Source: Eledone cirrhosa
Taxonomy: Eukaryota
Reading direction: 5' to 3'
Assembly (NCBI GenBank): GCA_964016885.1
Contig: OZ024741.1
Span: 24,862,001-24,926,000, forward strand
Length of the DNA: 64,000 nt
Shown here: in pieces, positions 26,701-42,460 of the stretch
Layout: each line of letters opens with the position of its first letter
How positions within the stretch are numbered: position 1 is the stretch's first letter
Notes under the pieces: model-generated
What the model was told of the DNA's origin: nothing
What the model saw: only the letters and a program-made list of their open reading frames with translations
Database searches by the model: none
Translations under genes and position numbers: made by a program

Positions 26701-29700
26701 ACAGTGTCTTTTATTAGAAATATGGTAATGAAAGTGTTAAACAACATAGACAGTGTCTTTTATTAGAAATATGGTAATGAAAGTGTTAAACAACATAGAC
26801 AGTGTCTTTTATTAGAAATGTGGTAATGAAAGTGTTAAACAACATAGACAGTATCTTTTATTAGAAATGTGGTAATGAAAGTGTTAAACAACATAGACAG
26901 TATCTTTTATTAGAAATGTGGTAATGAAAGGGATAAACAACATAGACAGTGTCTTTTATTAGAAATATGATAATGAAAGGGTTAAACAACATAGACAGTG
27001 TCTTTTATTAGATATAGGGTAATGAATGTGTTAAACAACATAGACAGTGTCTTTTATTAGAAATATGGTAATGAAAGGGTTAAACAACATAGACAGTGTC
27101 TTTTATTAGAAATATGGTAATGAAAGAGTTAAACAACATAGGCAGTGTCTTTTATTAGAAATATGGTAATGAAAGGGTTAAACAACATAGACAGTGTGTT
27201 TTATTAGACATATGGTAATGAAAGGGTTAAACAACATAGAAAGTGTCTTTTATTAGATATAGGGTAATGAAAGTGTTAAACAACATAGACAGTGTCTTGT
27301 ATTAGAAATATGGTAATGAAAGTGTTAAACAACATAGACAGTGTCTTTTATTAGAAATATGGTAATGAAAGGGTTAAACAACATAGACAGTGTCTTTTAT
27401 TAGAAATATGGTAATGAAAGGGTTAAACAACATAGACAGTGTCTTTCATTAGAAATATGGTAATGAAAGGTTTAAACAACATAGACAGTGTGTTTTATTA
27501 GAAATATGGTAATGAAAGGGTTAAACAACATAGACAGTGTCTTTTATTAGAAATATGGTAATGAAAGGGTTAAACAACATAGACAGTGTCTTTTATTAGA
27601 TATAGGGTAATGAAAGGGTTAAACAACATAGACAGTGTCTTTTATTAGAAATATGGTAATGAAAGGGTTAAACAACATAGATAGTGTCTTTTATTAGAAA
27701 TATGGTAATGAAAGGGTTAAACAACATAGACAGTGTCTTTTATTAGATATAGGGTAATGAAAGGGTTAAACAACATAGACAGTGTCTTTTATTAGAAATA
27801 TGGTAATGAAAGGGTTAAGCAACATAGACAGTGTCTTTTATTAGAAATATGGTAATGAAAGGGTTAAACAACATAGACAGTGTCTTTTATTAGAAATATG
27901 GTAATGAAAGGGTTAAACAACATAGACAGTGTCTTTTATTAGATATAGGGTAATGAAAGGGTTAAACAACATAGACAGTGTCTTTTATTAGAAATATGGT
28001 AATGAAAGGGTTAAACAACATAGATAGTGTCTTTTATTAGAAATATGGTAATGAAAGGGTTAAACAACATAGACAGTGTCTTTTATTAGATATAGGGTAA
28101 TGAAAGGGTTAAACAACATAGACAGTGTCTTTTATTAGAAATATGGTAATGAAAGGGTTAAGCAACATAGACAGTGTCTTTTATTAGAAATATGGTAATG
28201 AAAGGGTTACACAACATAGACAGTGTCTTTTATTAGAAATATGGTAATGAAAGAGTTAAACAACATAGACAGTGTCTTTTATTAGAAATATGGTAATGAA
28301 AGGGTTAAACAACATGGACAGTGTGTTTTGTTAGACATATGGTAATGAAAGGGTTAAACAACATAGACAGTGTCTTTTATTAGAAATATGGTAATGAAAG
28401 TGTTAAACAACATAGACAGTGTCTTTTATTAGAAATACAACATAGACAGTGTGTTTTATTAGAAATATGGTAATGAAAGGGTTAAACAACATAGACAGTG
28501 TCTTTTATTAGAAATATGATAATGAAAGGGTTAAAAAACATAGACAGTGTCTTGTATTAGAAATATGGTAATGAAAGGGTTAAACAACATAGACAGTGTC
28601 TTTTATTAGAAATATGGTAATGAAAGGGTTAAACAACATAGACAGTGTCTTTTATTAGAAATATGATAATGAAAGGATTAAACAACATAGAGAGTGTCTT
28701 TTATTAGATATAGGGTAATGAATGTGTTAAACAACATAGACAGTGTCTTTTATTAGAAATATGGTAATGAAAGGTTTAAACAACATAGACAGTGTGTTTT
28801 ATTAGAAATATGGTAATGCAAGGGTTAAACAACATAGACAGTGTGTTTTATTAGAAATATGATAATGAAAGGGTTAAAAAACATAGACAGTGTCTTGTAT
28901 TAGAAATATGGTAATGAAAGGGTTAAACAACATAGACAGTGTCTTTTATTAGAAATATGGTAATGAAAGGGTTAAACAACATAGACAGTGTCTTTTATTA
29001 GAAATATGGTAATGAAAGGTTTAAACAACATAGACAGTGTCTTTTATTAGAAATATGGTAACGAAAGGGTTAAACAAAATAGACAGTGTCTTTTATTGGA
29101 AATATGATAATGAAAGGGTCAAACAACATAGACAGTGTCTTTTATTAGAAATATGGTAATGAAAGGGTTAAACAACATGGACAGTGTCTTTTATTAGAAA
29201 TATGGTAATGAAAGGGTTAAACAACATAGACAGTGTGTTTTGTTAGACATATGGTAATGAAAGGGTTAAACAACATAGACAGTGTCTTTTATGAGAAATA
29301 TGGTAATGAAAGTGTTAAACAACATAGACAGTGTCTTTTATTAGAAATACAACATAGACAGTGTGTTTTATTAGAAATATGGTAATGAAAGGGTTAAACA
29401 ACATAGACAGTGTCTTTTATTAGAAATATGATAATGAAAGGGTTAAAAAACATAGACAGTGTCTTGTATTAGAAATATGGTAATGAAAGGGTTAAACAAC
29501 ATAGACAGTGTCTTTTATTAGAAATATGGTAATGAAAGGGTTAAACAACATAGACAGTGTCTTTTATTAGAAATATGATAATGAAAGGATTAAACAACAT
29601 AGAGAGTGTCTTTTATTAGATATAGGGTAATGAATGTGTTAAACAACATAGACAGTGTCTTTTATTAGAAATATGGTAATGAAAGGTTTAAACAACATAG

Positions 29701-32330
29701 ACAGTGTGTTTTATTAGAAATATGGTAATGCAAGGGTTAAACAACATAGACAGTGTGTTTTATTAGAAATATGATAATGAAAGGGTTAAAAAACATAGAC
29801 AGTGTCTTGTATTAGAAATATGGTAATGAAAGGGTTAAACAACATAGACAGTGTCTTTTATTAGAAATATGGTAATGAAAGGGTTAAACAACATAGACAG
29901 TGTCTTTTATTAGAAAGATGGTAATGAAAGGTTTAAACAACATAGACAGTGTCTTTTATTAGAAATATGGTAATGAAAGGGTTAAACAACATGGACAGTG
30001 TCTTTTATTAGAAATATGGTAATGAAAGGGTTAAACAACATAGACAGTGTCTTTTATTAGAAATATGATAATGAAAGGGTTAAACAACATAGACAGTGTC
30101 TTTTATTAGAAATATGGTAATGAAAGGGTTAAACAACATAGACAGTGTCTTTTATTAGAAATATGGTAATGAAAGAGTTAAACAACATAGACAGTGTCTT
30201 TTATTAGATATAGGGTAATGAAAGTGTTAAACAACATAGACAGTGTCTTGTATTAGAAATATGGTAATGAAAGTGTTAAACAACATAGACAGTGTCTTTT
30301 ATTAGAAATATGGTAATGAAAGGGTTAAACAACATAGACAGTGTCTTTTATTAGAAATATGGTAATGAAAGGGTTAAACAACGTAGACAGTGTCTTTTAT
30401 TAGAAATATGGTAATGAAAGGTTTAAACAACATAGACAGTGTGTTTTATTAGAAATATGGTAATGAAAGCGTTAAACAACATAGACAGTGTCTTTTATTA
30501 GAAATATGGTAATGAAAGGGTTAAACAACATAGACAGTGTCTTTTATTAGAAATATGATAATGAAAGGGTTAAACAACATAGACAGTGTCTTTTATTAGA
30601 TATAGGGTAATGAAAGGGTTAAACAACATAGACAGTGTCTTTTATTAGAAATATGGTAATGAAAGGGTTAAACAACATGGACAGTGTCTTTTATTAGAAA
30701 TATGGTAATGAAAGGGTTAAACAACATACACAGTATCTTTTATTAGAAATATGGTAATGAAAGGGTTAAACAACATAGACAGTGTCTTTTATTAGAAATA
30801 TGGTAATGAAAGGGTTAAACAACATGGACAGTGTCTTTTATTAGAAATATGGTAATGAAAGGGTTAAACAACATAGACAGTATCTTTTATTAGAAATATG
30901 GTAATGAAAGGGTTAAACAACATAGACAGTGTCTTTTATTAGAAATATGGTAATGAAAGGGTTAAACAACATAGACAGTGTCTTTTATTAGAAATATGGT
31001 AATGCAAGAGTTAAACAACATAGACAGTGTCTTTTAATAGAAATATGGTAATGAAAGGGTTAAACAACATAGATAGTGTCTTTCATTAGAAATATGGTAA
31101 TGAAAGGGTTAAATTACATAGGCAGTGTCTTCTATTAGAAATATCATAATGAAAGGGTTAAACAACATAGACAGTGTCTTTTATTAGAAATATGGTAATG
31201 AAAGTGTTAAACAACATAGACAGTGTCTTTTATTAGAAATATGGTAATGAAAGTGTTAAACAACATAGACAGTGTCTTTTATTAGAAATGTGGTAATGAA
31301 AGTGTTAAACAACATAGACAGTATCTTTTATTAGAAATGTGGTAATGAAAGTGTTAAACAACATAGACAGTATCTTTTATTAGAAATGTGGTAATGAAAG
31401 GGATAAACAACATAGACAGTGTCTTTTATTAGAAATATGATAATGAAAGGGTTAAACAACATAGACAGTGTCTTTTATTAGATATAGGGTAATGAATGTG
31501 TTAAACAACATAGACAGTGTCTTTTATTAGAAATATGGTAATGAAAGGGTTAAACAACATAGACAGTGTCTTTTATTAGAAATATGGTAATGAAAGAGTT
31601 AAACAACATAGGCAGTGTCTTTTATTAGAAATATGGTAATGAAAGGGTTAAACAACATAGACAGTGTGTTTTATTAGACATATGGTAATGAAAGGGTTAA
31701 ACAACATAGAAAGTGTCTTTTATTAGATATAGGGTAATGAAAGTGTTAAACAACATAGACAGTGTCTTGTATTAGAAATATGGTAATGAAAGTGTTAAAC
31801 AACATAGACAGTGTCTTTTATTAGAAATATGGTAATGAAAGGGTTAAACAACATAGACAGTGTCTTTTATTAGAAATATGGTAATGAAAGGGTTAAACAA
31901 CATAGACAGTGTCTTTCATTAGAAATATGGTAATGAAAGGTTTAAACAACATAGACAGTGTGTTTTATTAGAAATATGGTAATGAAAGGGTTAAACAACA
32001 TAGACAGTGTCTTTTATTAGAAATATGGTAATGAAAGGGTTAAACAACATAGACAGTGTCTTTTATTAGATATAGGGTAATGAAAGGGTTAAACAACATA
32101 GACAGTGTCTTTTATTAGAAATATGGTAATGAAAGGGTTAAACAACATAGATAGTGTCTTTTATTAGAAATATGGTAATGAAAGGGTTAAACAACATAGA
32201 CAGTGTCTTTTATTAGATATAGGGTAATGAAAGGGTTAAACAACATAGACAGTGTCTTTTATTAGAAATATGGTAATGAAAGGGTTAAGCAACATAGACA
32301 GTGTCTTTTATTAGAAATATGGTAATGAAA
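23736..32330. repeat. Duplication at 4470-bp offset (92 monomers), about 4.1 kb shared block
   Basis: TAAACAAAAT 24601/29071, ATGAGAAATA 24821/29291, TAGAAAGATG 25441/29911, AAATTACATA 26641/31111, AGGGTTAAGC 27811/32281. 4470 = 90x49 + 2x30. Confidence 0.94.
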
Positions 32331-35300
32331 GGTTTAAACAACATAGACAGTGTCTTTTATTAGAAATATGATAATGAAAGGATTAAACAACATAGAGAGT
32401 GTCTTTTATTAGATATAGGGTAATGAATGTGTTAAACAACATAGACAGTGTCTTTTATTAGAAATATGGTAATGAAAGGTTTAAACAACATAGACAGTGT
32501 GTTTTATTAGAAATATGGTAATGCAAGGGTTAAACAACATAGACAGTGTGTTTTATTAGAAATATGATAATGAAAGGGTTAAAAAACATAGACAGTGTCT
32601 TGTATTAGAAATATGGTAATGAAAGGGTTAAACAACATAGACAGTGTCTTTTATTAGAAATATGGTAATGAAAGGGTTAAACAACATAGACAGTGTCTTT
32701 TATTAGAAATATGGTAATGAAAGGTTTAAACAACATAGACAGTGTCTTTTATTAGAAATATGGTAACGAAAGGGTTAAACAACATAGACAGTGTCTTTTA
32801 TTGGAAATATGATAATGAAAGGGTTAAACAACATAGACAGTGTCTTTTATTAGAAATATGGTAATGAAAGGGTTAAACAACATGGACAGTGTCTTTTATT
32901 AGAAATATGGTAATGAAAGGGTTAAACAACATAGACAGTGTCTTTTATTAGAAATATGATAATGAAAGGGTTAAACAACATAGACAGTGTCTTTTATTAG
33001 AAATATGGTAATGAAAGGGTTAAACAACATAGACAGTGTCTTTTATTAGAAATATGGTAATGAAAGAGTTAAACAACATAGACAGTGTCTTTTATTAGAA
33101 ATATGGTAATGAAAGGGTTAAACAACATAGACAGTGTGTTTTATTAGACATATGGTAATGAAAGGGTTAAACAACATAGACAGTGTCTTTTATTAGATAT
33201 AGGGTAATGAAAGGGTTAAACAACGTAGACAGTGTCTTTTATTAGAAATATGGTAATGAAAGGTTTAAACAACATAGACAGTGTGTTTTATTAGAAATAT
33301 GGTAATGAAAGCGTTAAACAACATAGACAGTGTCTTTTATTAGAAATATGGTAATGAAAGGGTTAAACAACATAGACAGTGTCTTTTATTAGAAATATGA
33401 TAATGAAAGGGTTAAACAACATAGACAGTGTCTTTTATTAGATATAGGGTAATGAATGTGTTAAACAACATAGACAGTGTCTTTTATTAGAAATATGGTA
33501 ATGAAAGGGTTAAACAACATAGACAGTGTCTTTTATTAGAAATATGGTAATGAAAGGGTTAAACAACATAGACAGTGTCTTTTATTAGAAATGTGGTAAT
33601 GAAAGTGTTAAACAACATAGACAGTGTCTTTTATTAGAAATGTGGTAATGAAAGGGTTAAACAACATAGACAGTGTCTTTTATTAGATATAGGGTAATGA
33701 AAGGGTTAAACAACATAGACAGTGTCTTTTATTAGAAATATGGTAATGAAAGGGTTAAACAACATGGACAGTGTCTTTTATTAGAAATATGGTAATGAAA
33801 GGGTTAAACAACATAGACAGTATCTTTTATTAGAAATATGGTAATGAAAGGGTTAAACAACATAGACAGTGTCTTTTATTAGAAATATGGTAATGAAAGG
33901 GTTAAACAACATGGACAGTGTCTTTTATTAGAAATATGGTAATGAAAGGGTTAAACAACATAGACAGTATCTTTTATTAGAAATATGGTAATGAAAGGGT
34001 TAAACAACATAGACAGTGTCTTTTATTAGAAATATGGTAATGAAAGGGTTAAACAACATAGACAGTGTCTTTTATTAGAAATATGGTAATGCAAGAGTTA
34101 AACAACATAGACAGTGTCTTTTATTAGAAATATGGTAATGAAAGGGTTAAACAACATAGATAGTGTCTTTCATTAGAAATATGGTAATGAAAGGGTTAAA
34201 TTACATAGGCAATGTCTTCTATTAGAAATATCATAATGAAAGGGTTAAACAACATAGACAGTGTCTTTTATTAGAAATATGGTAATGAAAGTGTTAAACA
34301 ACATAGACAGTGTCTTTTATTAGAAATATGGTAATGAAAGTGTTAAACAACATAGACAGTGTCTTTTATTAGAAATGTGGTAATGAAAGTGTTAAACAAC
34401 ATAGACAGTATCTTTTATTAGAAATGTGGTAATGAAAGTGTTAAACAACATAGACAGTATCTTTTATTAGAAATGTGGTAATGAAAGGGATAAACAACAT
34501 AGACAGTGTCTTTTATTAGAAATATGATAAGGAAAGGGTTAAACAACATAGACAGTGTCTTTTATTAGATATAGGGTAATGAATGTGTTAAACAACATAG
34601 ACAGTGTCTTTTATTAGAAATATGGTAATGAAAGGGTTAAACAACATAGACAGTGTCTTTTATTAGAAATATGGTAATGAAAGAGTTAAACAACATAGGC
34701 AGTGTCTTTTATTAGAAATATGGTAATGAAAGGGTTAAACAACATAGACAGTGTGTTTTATTAGACATATGGTAATGAAAGGGTTAAACAACATAGAAAG
34801 TGTCTTTTATTAGATATAGGGTAATGAAAGTGTTAAACAACATAGACAGTGTCTTGTATTAGAAATATGGTAATGAAAGTGTTAAACAACATAGACAGTG
34901 TCTTTTATTAGAAATATGGTAATGAAAGGGTTAAACAACATAGACAGTGTCTTTTATTAGAAATATGGTAATGAAAGGGTTAAACAACATAGACAGTGTC
35001 TTTCATTAGAAATATGGTAATGAAAGGTTTAAACAACATAGACAGTGTGTTTTATTAGAAATATGGTAATGAAAGGGTTAAACAACATAGACAGTGTCTT
35101 TTATTAGAAATATGGTAATGAAAGGGTTAAACAACATAGACAGTGTCTTTTATTAGATATAGGGTAATGAAAGGGTTAAACAACATAGACAGTGTCTTTT
35201 ATTAGAAATATGGTAATGAAAGGGTTAAACAACATAGATAGTGTCTTTTATTAGAAATATGGTAATGAAAGGGTTAAACAACATAGACAGTGTCTTTTAT

Positions 35301-38300
35301 TAGATATAGGGTAATGAAAGGGTTAAACAACATAGACAGTGTCTTTTATTAGAAATATGGTAATGAAAGGGTTAAGCAACATAGACAGTGTCTTTTATTA
35401 GAAATATGGTAATGAAAGGTTTAAACAACATAGACAGTGTCTTTTATTAGAAATATGGTAATGAAAGGGTTAAACAACATAGACAGTGTCTTTTATTAGA
35501 AATATGGTAATGAAAGAGTTAAACAACATAGACAGTGTCTTTTATTAGAAATATGGTAATGAAAGGGTTAAACAACATAGACAGTGTGTTTTGTTAGACA
35601 TATGGTAATGAAAGGGTTAAACAACGTAGACAGTGTCTTTTATTAGATATAGGGTAATGAAAGTGTTAAACAACATAGACTGTGTCTTTTATTAGAAATA
35701 TGGTAATGAAAGGGTTAAACAACATAGACAGTGTCTTTTATTAGAAATATGGTAATGAAAGGGTTAAACAACATAGACAGTGTGTTTTATTAGAAATATG
35801 GTAATGAAAGGGTTAAACAACATAGACAGTGTCTTTTATTAGAAATATGGTAATGAAAGGGTTAAACAACATAGACAGTGTCTTTTATTAAATATAGGGT
35901 AATGAAAGTGTTAAAAAACATAGACAGTGTCTTTTATTAGAAATATAATAATGAAAGGGTTAAACAACAGAAATATGGTAATGATAGGGTTAAACAACAT
36001 AGACAGTGTCTTTTATTAGAAATATGATAATGAAAGGTTTAAACAACATAGACAGTGTCTTTTATTAGAAATATTGTAATGAAAGGGTTAAACAACATAG
36101 ACAGCGTCTTTTATTAGAAATATGGTAATGAAAGTGTTAAACAACATAGACAGTGTCTTTTATTAGAAATACAACATAGACAGTGTGTTTTATTAGAAAT
36201 ATGGTAATGAAAGGGTTAAACAACATAGACAGTGTCTTTTATTAGAAATATGGTAATGAAAGGGTTAAGCAACATAGACAGTGTCTTTTATTAGAAATAT
36301 GGTAATGAAAGGTTTAAACAACATAGACAGTGTCTTTTATTAGAAATATGATAATGAAAGGATTAAACAACATAGAGAGTGTCTTTTATTAGATATAGGG
36401 TAATGAATGTGTTAAACAACATAGACAGTGTCTTTTATTAGAAATATGGTAATGAAAGGTTTAAACAACATAGACAGTGTGTTTTATTAGAAATATGGTA
36501 ATGCAAGGGTTAAACAACATAGACAGTGTGTTTTATTAGAAATATGATAATGAAAGGGTTAAAAAACATAGACAGTGTCTTGTATTAGAAATATGGTAAT
36601 GAAAGGGTTAAACAACATAGACAGTGTCTTTTATTAGAAATATGGTAATGAAAGGGTTAAACAACATAGACAGTGTCTTTTATTAGAAATATGGTAATGA
36701 AAGGTTTAAACAACATAGACAGTGTCTTTTATTAGAAATATGGTAACGAAAGGGTTAAACAACATAGACAGTGTCTTTTATTGGAAATATGATAATGAAA
36801 GGGTTAAACAACATAGACAGTGTCTTTTATTAGAAATATGGTAATGAAAGGGTTAAACAACATGGACAGTGTCTTTTATTAGAAATATGGTAATGAAAGG
36901 GTTAAACAACATAGACAGTGTCTTTTATTAGAAATATGATAATGAAAGGGTTAAACAACATAGACAGTGTCTTTTATTAGAAATATGGTAATGAAAGGGT
37001 TAAACAACATAGACAGTGTCTTTTATTAGAAATATGGTAATGAAAGAGTTAAACAACATAGACAGTGTCTTTTATTAGAAATATGGTAATGAAAGGGTTA
37101 AACAACATAGACAGTGTGTTTTATTAGACATATGGTAATGAAAGGGTTAAACAACATAGACAGTGTCTTTTATTAGATATAGGGTAATGAAAGGGTTAAA
37201 CAACGTAGACAGTGTCTTTTATTAGAAATATGGTAATGAAAGGTTTAAACAACATAGACAGTGTGTTTTATTAGAAATATGGTAATGAAAGCGTTAAACA
37301 ACATAGACAGTGTCTTTTATTAGAAATATGGTAATGAAAGGGTTAAACAACATAGACAGTGTCTTTTATTAGAAATATGATAATGAAAGGGTTAAACAAC
37401 ATAGACAGTGTCTTTTATTAGATATAGGGTAATGAATGTGTTAAACAACATGGACAGTGTCTTTTATTAGAAATATGGTAATGAAAGGGTTAAACAACAT
37501 AGACAGTGTCTTTTATTAGAAATATGGTAATGAAAGGGTTAAACAACATAGACAGTGTCTTTTATTAGAAATGTGGTAATGAAAGTGTTAAACAACATAG
37601 ACAGTGTCTTTTATTAGAAATGTGGTAATGAAAGGGTTAAACAACATAGACAGTGTCTTTTATTAGATATAGGGTAATGAAAGGGTTAAACAACATAGAC
37701 AGTGTCTTTTATTAGAAATATGGTAATGAAAGGGTTAAACAACATGGACAGTGTCTTTTATTAGAAATATGGTAATGAAAGGGTTAAACAACATAGACAG
37801 TATCTTTTATTAGAAATATGGTAATGAAAGGGTTAAACAACATAGACAGTGTCTTTTATTAGAAATATGGTAATGAAAGGGTTAAACAACATGGACAGTG
37901 TCTTTTATTAGAAATATGGTAATGAAAGGGTTAAACAACATAGACAGTATCTTTTATTAGAAATATGGTAATGAAAGGGTTAAACAACATAGACAGTGTC
38001 TTTTATTAGAAATATGGTAATGAAAGGGTTAAACAACATAGACAGTGTCTTTTATTAGAAATATGGTAATGCAAGAGTTAAACAACATAGACAGTGTCTT
38101 TTATTAGAAATATGGTAATGAAAGGGTTAAACAACATAGATAGTGTCTTTCATTAGAAATATGGTAATGAAAGGGTTAAATTACATAGGCAATGTCTTCT
38201 ATTAGAAATATCATAATGAAAGGGTTAAACAACATAGACAGTGTCTTTTATTAGAAATATGGTAATGAAAGTGTTAAACAACATAGACAGTGTCTTTTAT

Positions 38301-40220
38301 TAGAAATATGGTAATGAAAGTGTTAAACAACATAGACAGTGTCTTTTATTAGAAATGTGGTAATGAAAGTGTTAAACAACATAGACAGTATCTTTTATTA
38401 GAAATGTGGTAATGAAAGTGTTAAACAACATAGACAGTATCTTTTATTAGAAATGTGGTAATGAAAGGGATAAACAACATAGACAGTGTCTTTTATTAGA
38501 AATATGATAATGAAAGGGTTAAACAACATAGACAGTGTCTTTTATTAGATATAGGGTAATGAATGTGTTAAACAACATAGACAGTGTCTTTTATTAGAAA
38601 TATGGTAATGAAAGTGTTAAACAACATAGACAGTGTCTTTTATTAGAAATATGGTAATGAAAGAGTTAAACAACATAGGCAGTGTCTTTTATTAGAAATA
38701 TGGTAATGAAAGGGTTAAACAACATAGACAGTGTGTTTTATTAGACATATGGTAATGAAAGGGTTGAACAACATAGAAAGTGTCTTTTATTAGATATAGG
38801 GTAATGAAAGTGTTAAACAACATAGACAGTGTCTTGTATTAGAAATATGGTAATGAAAGTGTTAAACAACATAGACAGTGTCTTTTATTAGAAATATGGT
38901 AATGAAAGGGTTAAACAACATAGACAGTGTCTTTTATTAGAAATATGGTAATGAAAGGGTTAAACAACATAGACAGTGTCTTTCATTAGAAATATGGTAA
39001 TGAAAGGTTTAAACAACATAGACAGTGTGTTTTATTAGAAATATGGTAATGAAAGGGTTAAACAACATAGACAGTGTCTTTTATTAGAAATATGGTAATG
39101 AAAGGGTTAAACAACATAGACAGTGTCTTTTATTAGATATAGGGTAATGAAAGGGTTAAACAACATAGACAGTGTCTTTTATTAGAAATATGGTAATGAA
39201 AGGGTTAAACAACATAGATAGTGTCTTTTATTAGAAATATGGTAATGAAAGGGTTAAACAACATAGACAGTGTCTTTTATTAGATATAGGGTAATGAAAG
39301 GGTTAAACAACATAGACAGTGTCTTTTATTAGAAATATGGTAATGAAAGGGTTAAGCAACATAGACAGTGTCTTTTATTAGAAATATGGTAATGAAAGGT
39401 TTAAACAACATAGACAGTGTCTTTTATTAGAAATATGGTAATGAAAGGGTTAAACAACATAGACAGTGTCTTTTATTAGAAATATGGTAATGAAAGAGTT
39501 AAACAACATAGACAGTGTCTTTTATTAGAAATATGGTAATGAAAGGGTTAAACAACATAGACAGTGTGTTTTGTTAGACATATGGTAATGAAAGGGTTAA
39601 ACAACATAGACAGTGTCTTTTATTAGATATAGGGTAATGAAAGTGTTAAACAACATAGACTGTGTCTTTTATTAGAAATATGGTAATGAAAGGGTTAAAC
39701 AACATAGACAGTGTCTTTTATTAGAAATATGGTAATGAAAGGGTTAAACAACATAGACAGTGTGTTTTATTAGAAATATGGTAATGAAAGGGTTAAACAA
39801 CATAGACAGTGTCTTTTATTAGAAATATGGTAATGAAAGGGTTAAACAACATAGACAGTGTCTTTTATTAAATATAGGGTAATGAAAGTGTTAAAAAACA
39901 TAGACAGTGTCTTTTATTAGAAATATAATAATGAAAGGGTTAAACAACAGAAATATGGTAATGATAGGGTTAAACAACATAGACAGTGTCTTTTATTAGA
40001 AATATGATAATGAAAGGTTTAAACAACATAGACAGTGTCTTTTATTAGAAATATTGTAATGAAAGGGTTAAACAACATAGACAGCGTCTTTTATTAGAAA
40101 TATGGTAATGAAAGTGTTAAACAACATAGACAGTGTCTTTTATTAGAAATACAACATAGACAGTGTGTTTTATTAGAAATATGGTAATGAAAGGGTTAAA
40201 CAACATAGACAGTGTCTTTT
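32230..40220. repeat. Tandem duplication of a 3980-bp (82-monomer) block
   Basis: AGGGTTAAGC 32281/36261, TTACATAGGCAATG 34201/38181, GAC-TGTGTC 35681/39661, deletion A 36161/40141. 3980 = 80x49 + 2x30. Confidence 0.93.
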
Positions 40221-42460
40221 ATTAGAAATATGATAATGAAAGGGTTAAACAACATAGAGAGTGTCTTTTATTAGATATAGGGTAATGAATGTGTTAAACA
40301 ACATAGACAGTGTCTTTTATTAGAAATATGGTAATGAAAGGGTTAAACAACATAGACAGTGTCTTTTATTCGAAATATGATAATGAAAGGGTTAAACAAC
40401 ATAGAGAGTGTCTTTTATTAGATATAGGGTAATGAATGTGTTAAACAACATAGACAGTGTCTTTTATTAGAAATATGGTAATGAAAGGGTTAAACAACAT
40501 AGACAGTGTCTTTTATTAGAAATATGGTAATGAAAGGGTTAGACAACATAGACAGTGTCATTTATTAGAAATATGGTAATGAAAGGGTTAAACAACATAG
40601 ACAGTGTCTTTTATTAGAAATATGGTAATGAAAGGGTTAAACAACATAGACAGTGTCTTTTATTAGAAATATGGTAATGAAAGGGTTAAACAACATAGAC
40701 AGTGTCTTTTATTACAAATATGATAATGAAAGGGTTAAACAACATAGACAGTGTCTTTTATTAGAAATATGGTAATGAAAGGGTTAAACAACATAGACAG
40801 TGTCTTTTATTCGAAATATGATAATGAAAGGGTTAAACAACATAGAGAGTGTCTTTTATTAGATATAGGGTAATGAATGTGTTAAACAACATAGACAGTG
40901 TCTTTTATTAGAAATATGGTAATGAAAGGGTTAAACAACATAGACAGTGTCTTTTATTAGATATAGGGTAATGAATGTGTTAAACAACATAGACAGTGTC
41001 TTTTATTAGAAATATGGTAATGAAAGGGTTAAACAACATAGACAGTGTCTTTTATTAGAAATATGGTAATGAAAGGGTTAAACAACATAGACAGTGTCTT
41101 TTATTAGAAATATGATAATGAAAGGGTTAAACAACATAGACAGTGTCTTTTATTAGATATAGGGTAATGAATGTGTTAAACAACATAGACAGTGTCTTTT
41201 ATTAGAAATATGGTAATGAAATGATTAAACAACATAGACAGTGTCTTTTATTAGAAATATGGTAATGAAAGAGTTAAACAACATAGACAGTGTCTTTTAT
41301 TAGAAATATGGTAATGAAAGGGTTAAACAACATAGACAGCGTCTTTTATTAGAAATATGGTAATGAAAGTGTTAAACAACATAGACAGTGTCTTTTATTA
41401 GAAATACAACATAGACAGTGTGTTTTATTAGAAATATGGTAATGAAAGGGTTAAACAACATAGACAGTGTCTTTTATTAGAAATATGATAATGAAAGGGT
41501 TAAACAACATAGAGAGTGTCTTTTATTAGATATAGGGTAATGAATGTGTTAAACAACATAGACAGTGTCTTTTATTAGAAATATGGTAATGAAAGGGTTA
41601 AACAACATAGACAGTGTCTTTTATTCGAAATATGATAATGAAAGGGTTAAACAACATAGAGAGTGTCTTTTATTAGATATAGGGTAATGAATGTGTTAAA
41701 CAACATAGACAGTGTCTTTTATTAGAAATATGGTAATGAAAGGGTTAAACAACATAGACAGTGTCTTTTATTAGAAATATGGTAATGAAAGTGTTAGACA
41801 ACATAGACAGTGTCATTTATTAGAAATATGGTAATGAAAGGGTTAAACAACATAGACAGTGTCTTTTATTAGAAATATGGTAATGAAAGGGTTAAACAAC
41901 ATAGACAGTGTCTTTTATTAGAAATATGGTAATGAAAGGGTTAAACAACATAGACAGTGTCTTTTATTACAAATATGATAATGAAAGGGTTAAACAACAT
42001 AGACAGTGTCTTTTATTAGAAATATGGTAATGAAAGGGTTAAACAACATAGACAGTGTCTTTTATTCGAAATATGATAATGAAAGGGTTAAACAACATAG
42101 AGAGTGTCTTTTATTAGATATAGGGTAATGAATGTGTTAAACAACATAGACAGTGTCTTTTATTAGAAATATGGTAATGAAAGGGTTAAACAACATAGAC
42201 AGTGTCTTTTATTAGATATAGGGTAATGAATGTGTTAAACAACATAGACAGTGTCTTTTATTAGAAATATGGTAATGAAAGGGTTAAACAACATAGACAG
42301 TGTCTTTTATTAGAAATATGGTAATGAAAGGGTTAAACAACATAGACAGTGTCTTTTATTAGAAATATGATAATGAAAGGGTTAAACAACATAGACAGTG
42401 TCTTTTATTAGATATAGGGTAATGAATGTGTTAAACAACATAGACAGTGTCTTTTATTAG
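40070..42460. repeat. Duplication at 1255-bp offset (26 monomers)
   Basis: ACAGCGTC 40081/41336 and the otherwise unseen ATTACAAATA 40711/41966. 1255 = 25x49 + 30. Confidence 0.88.
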
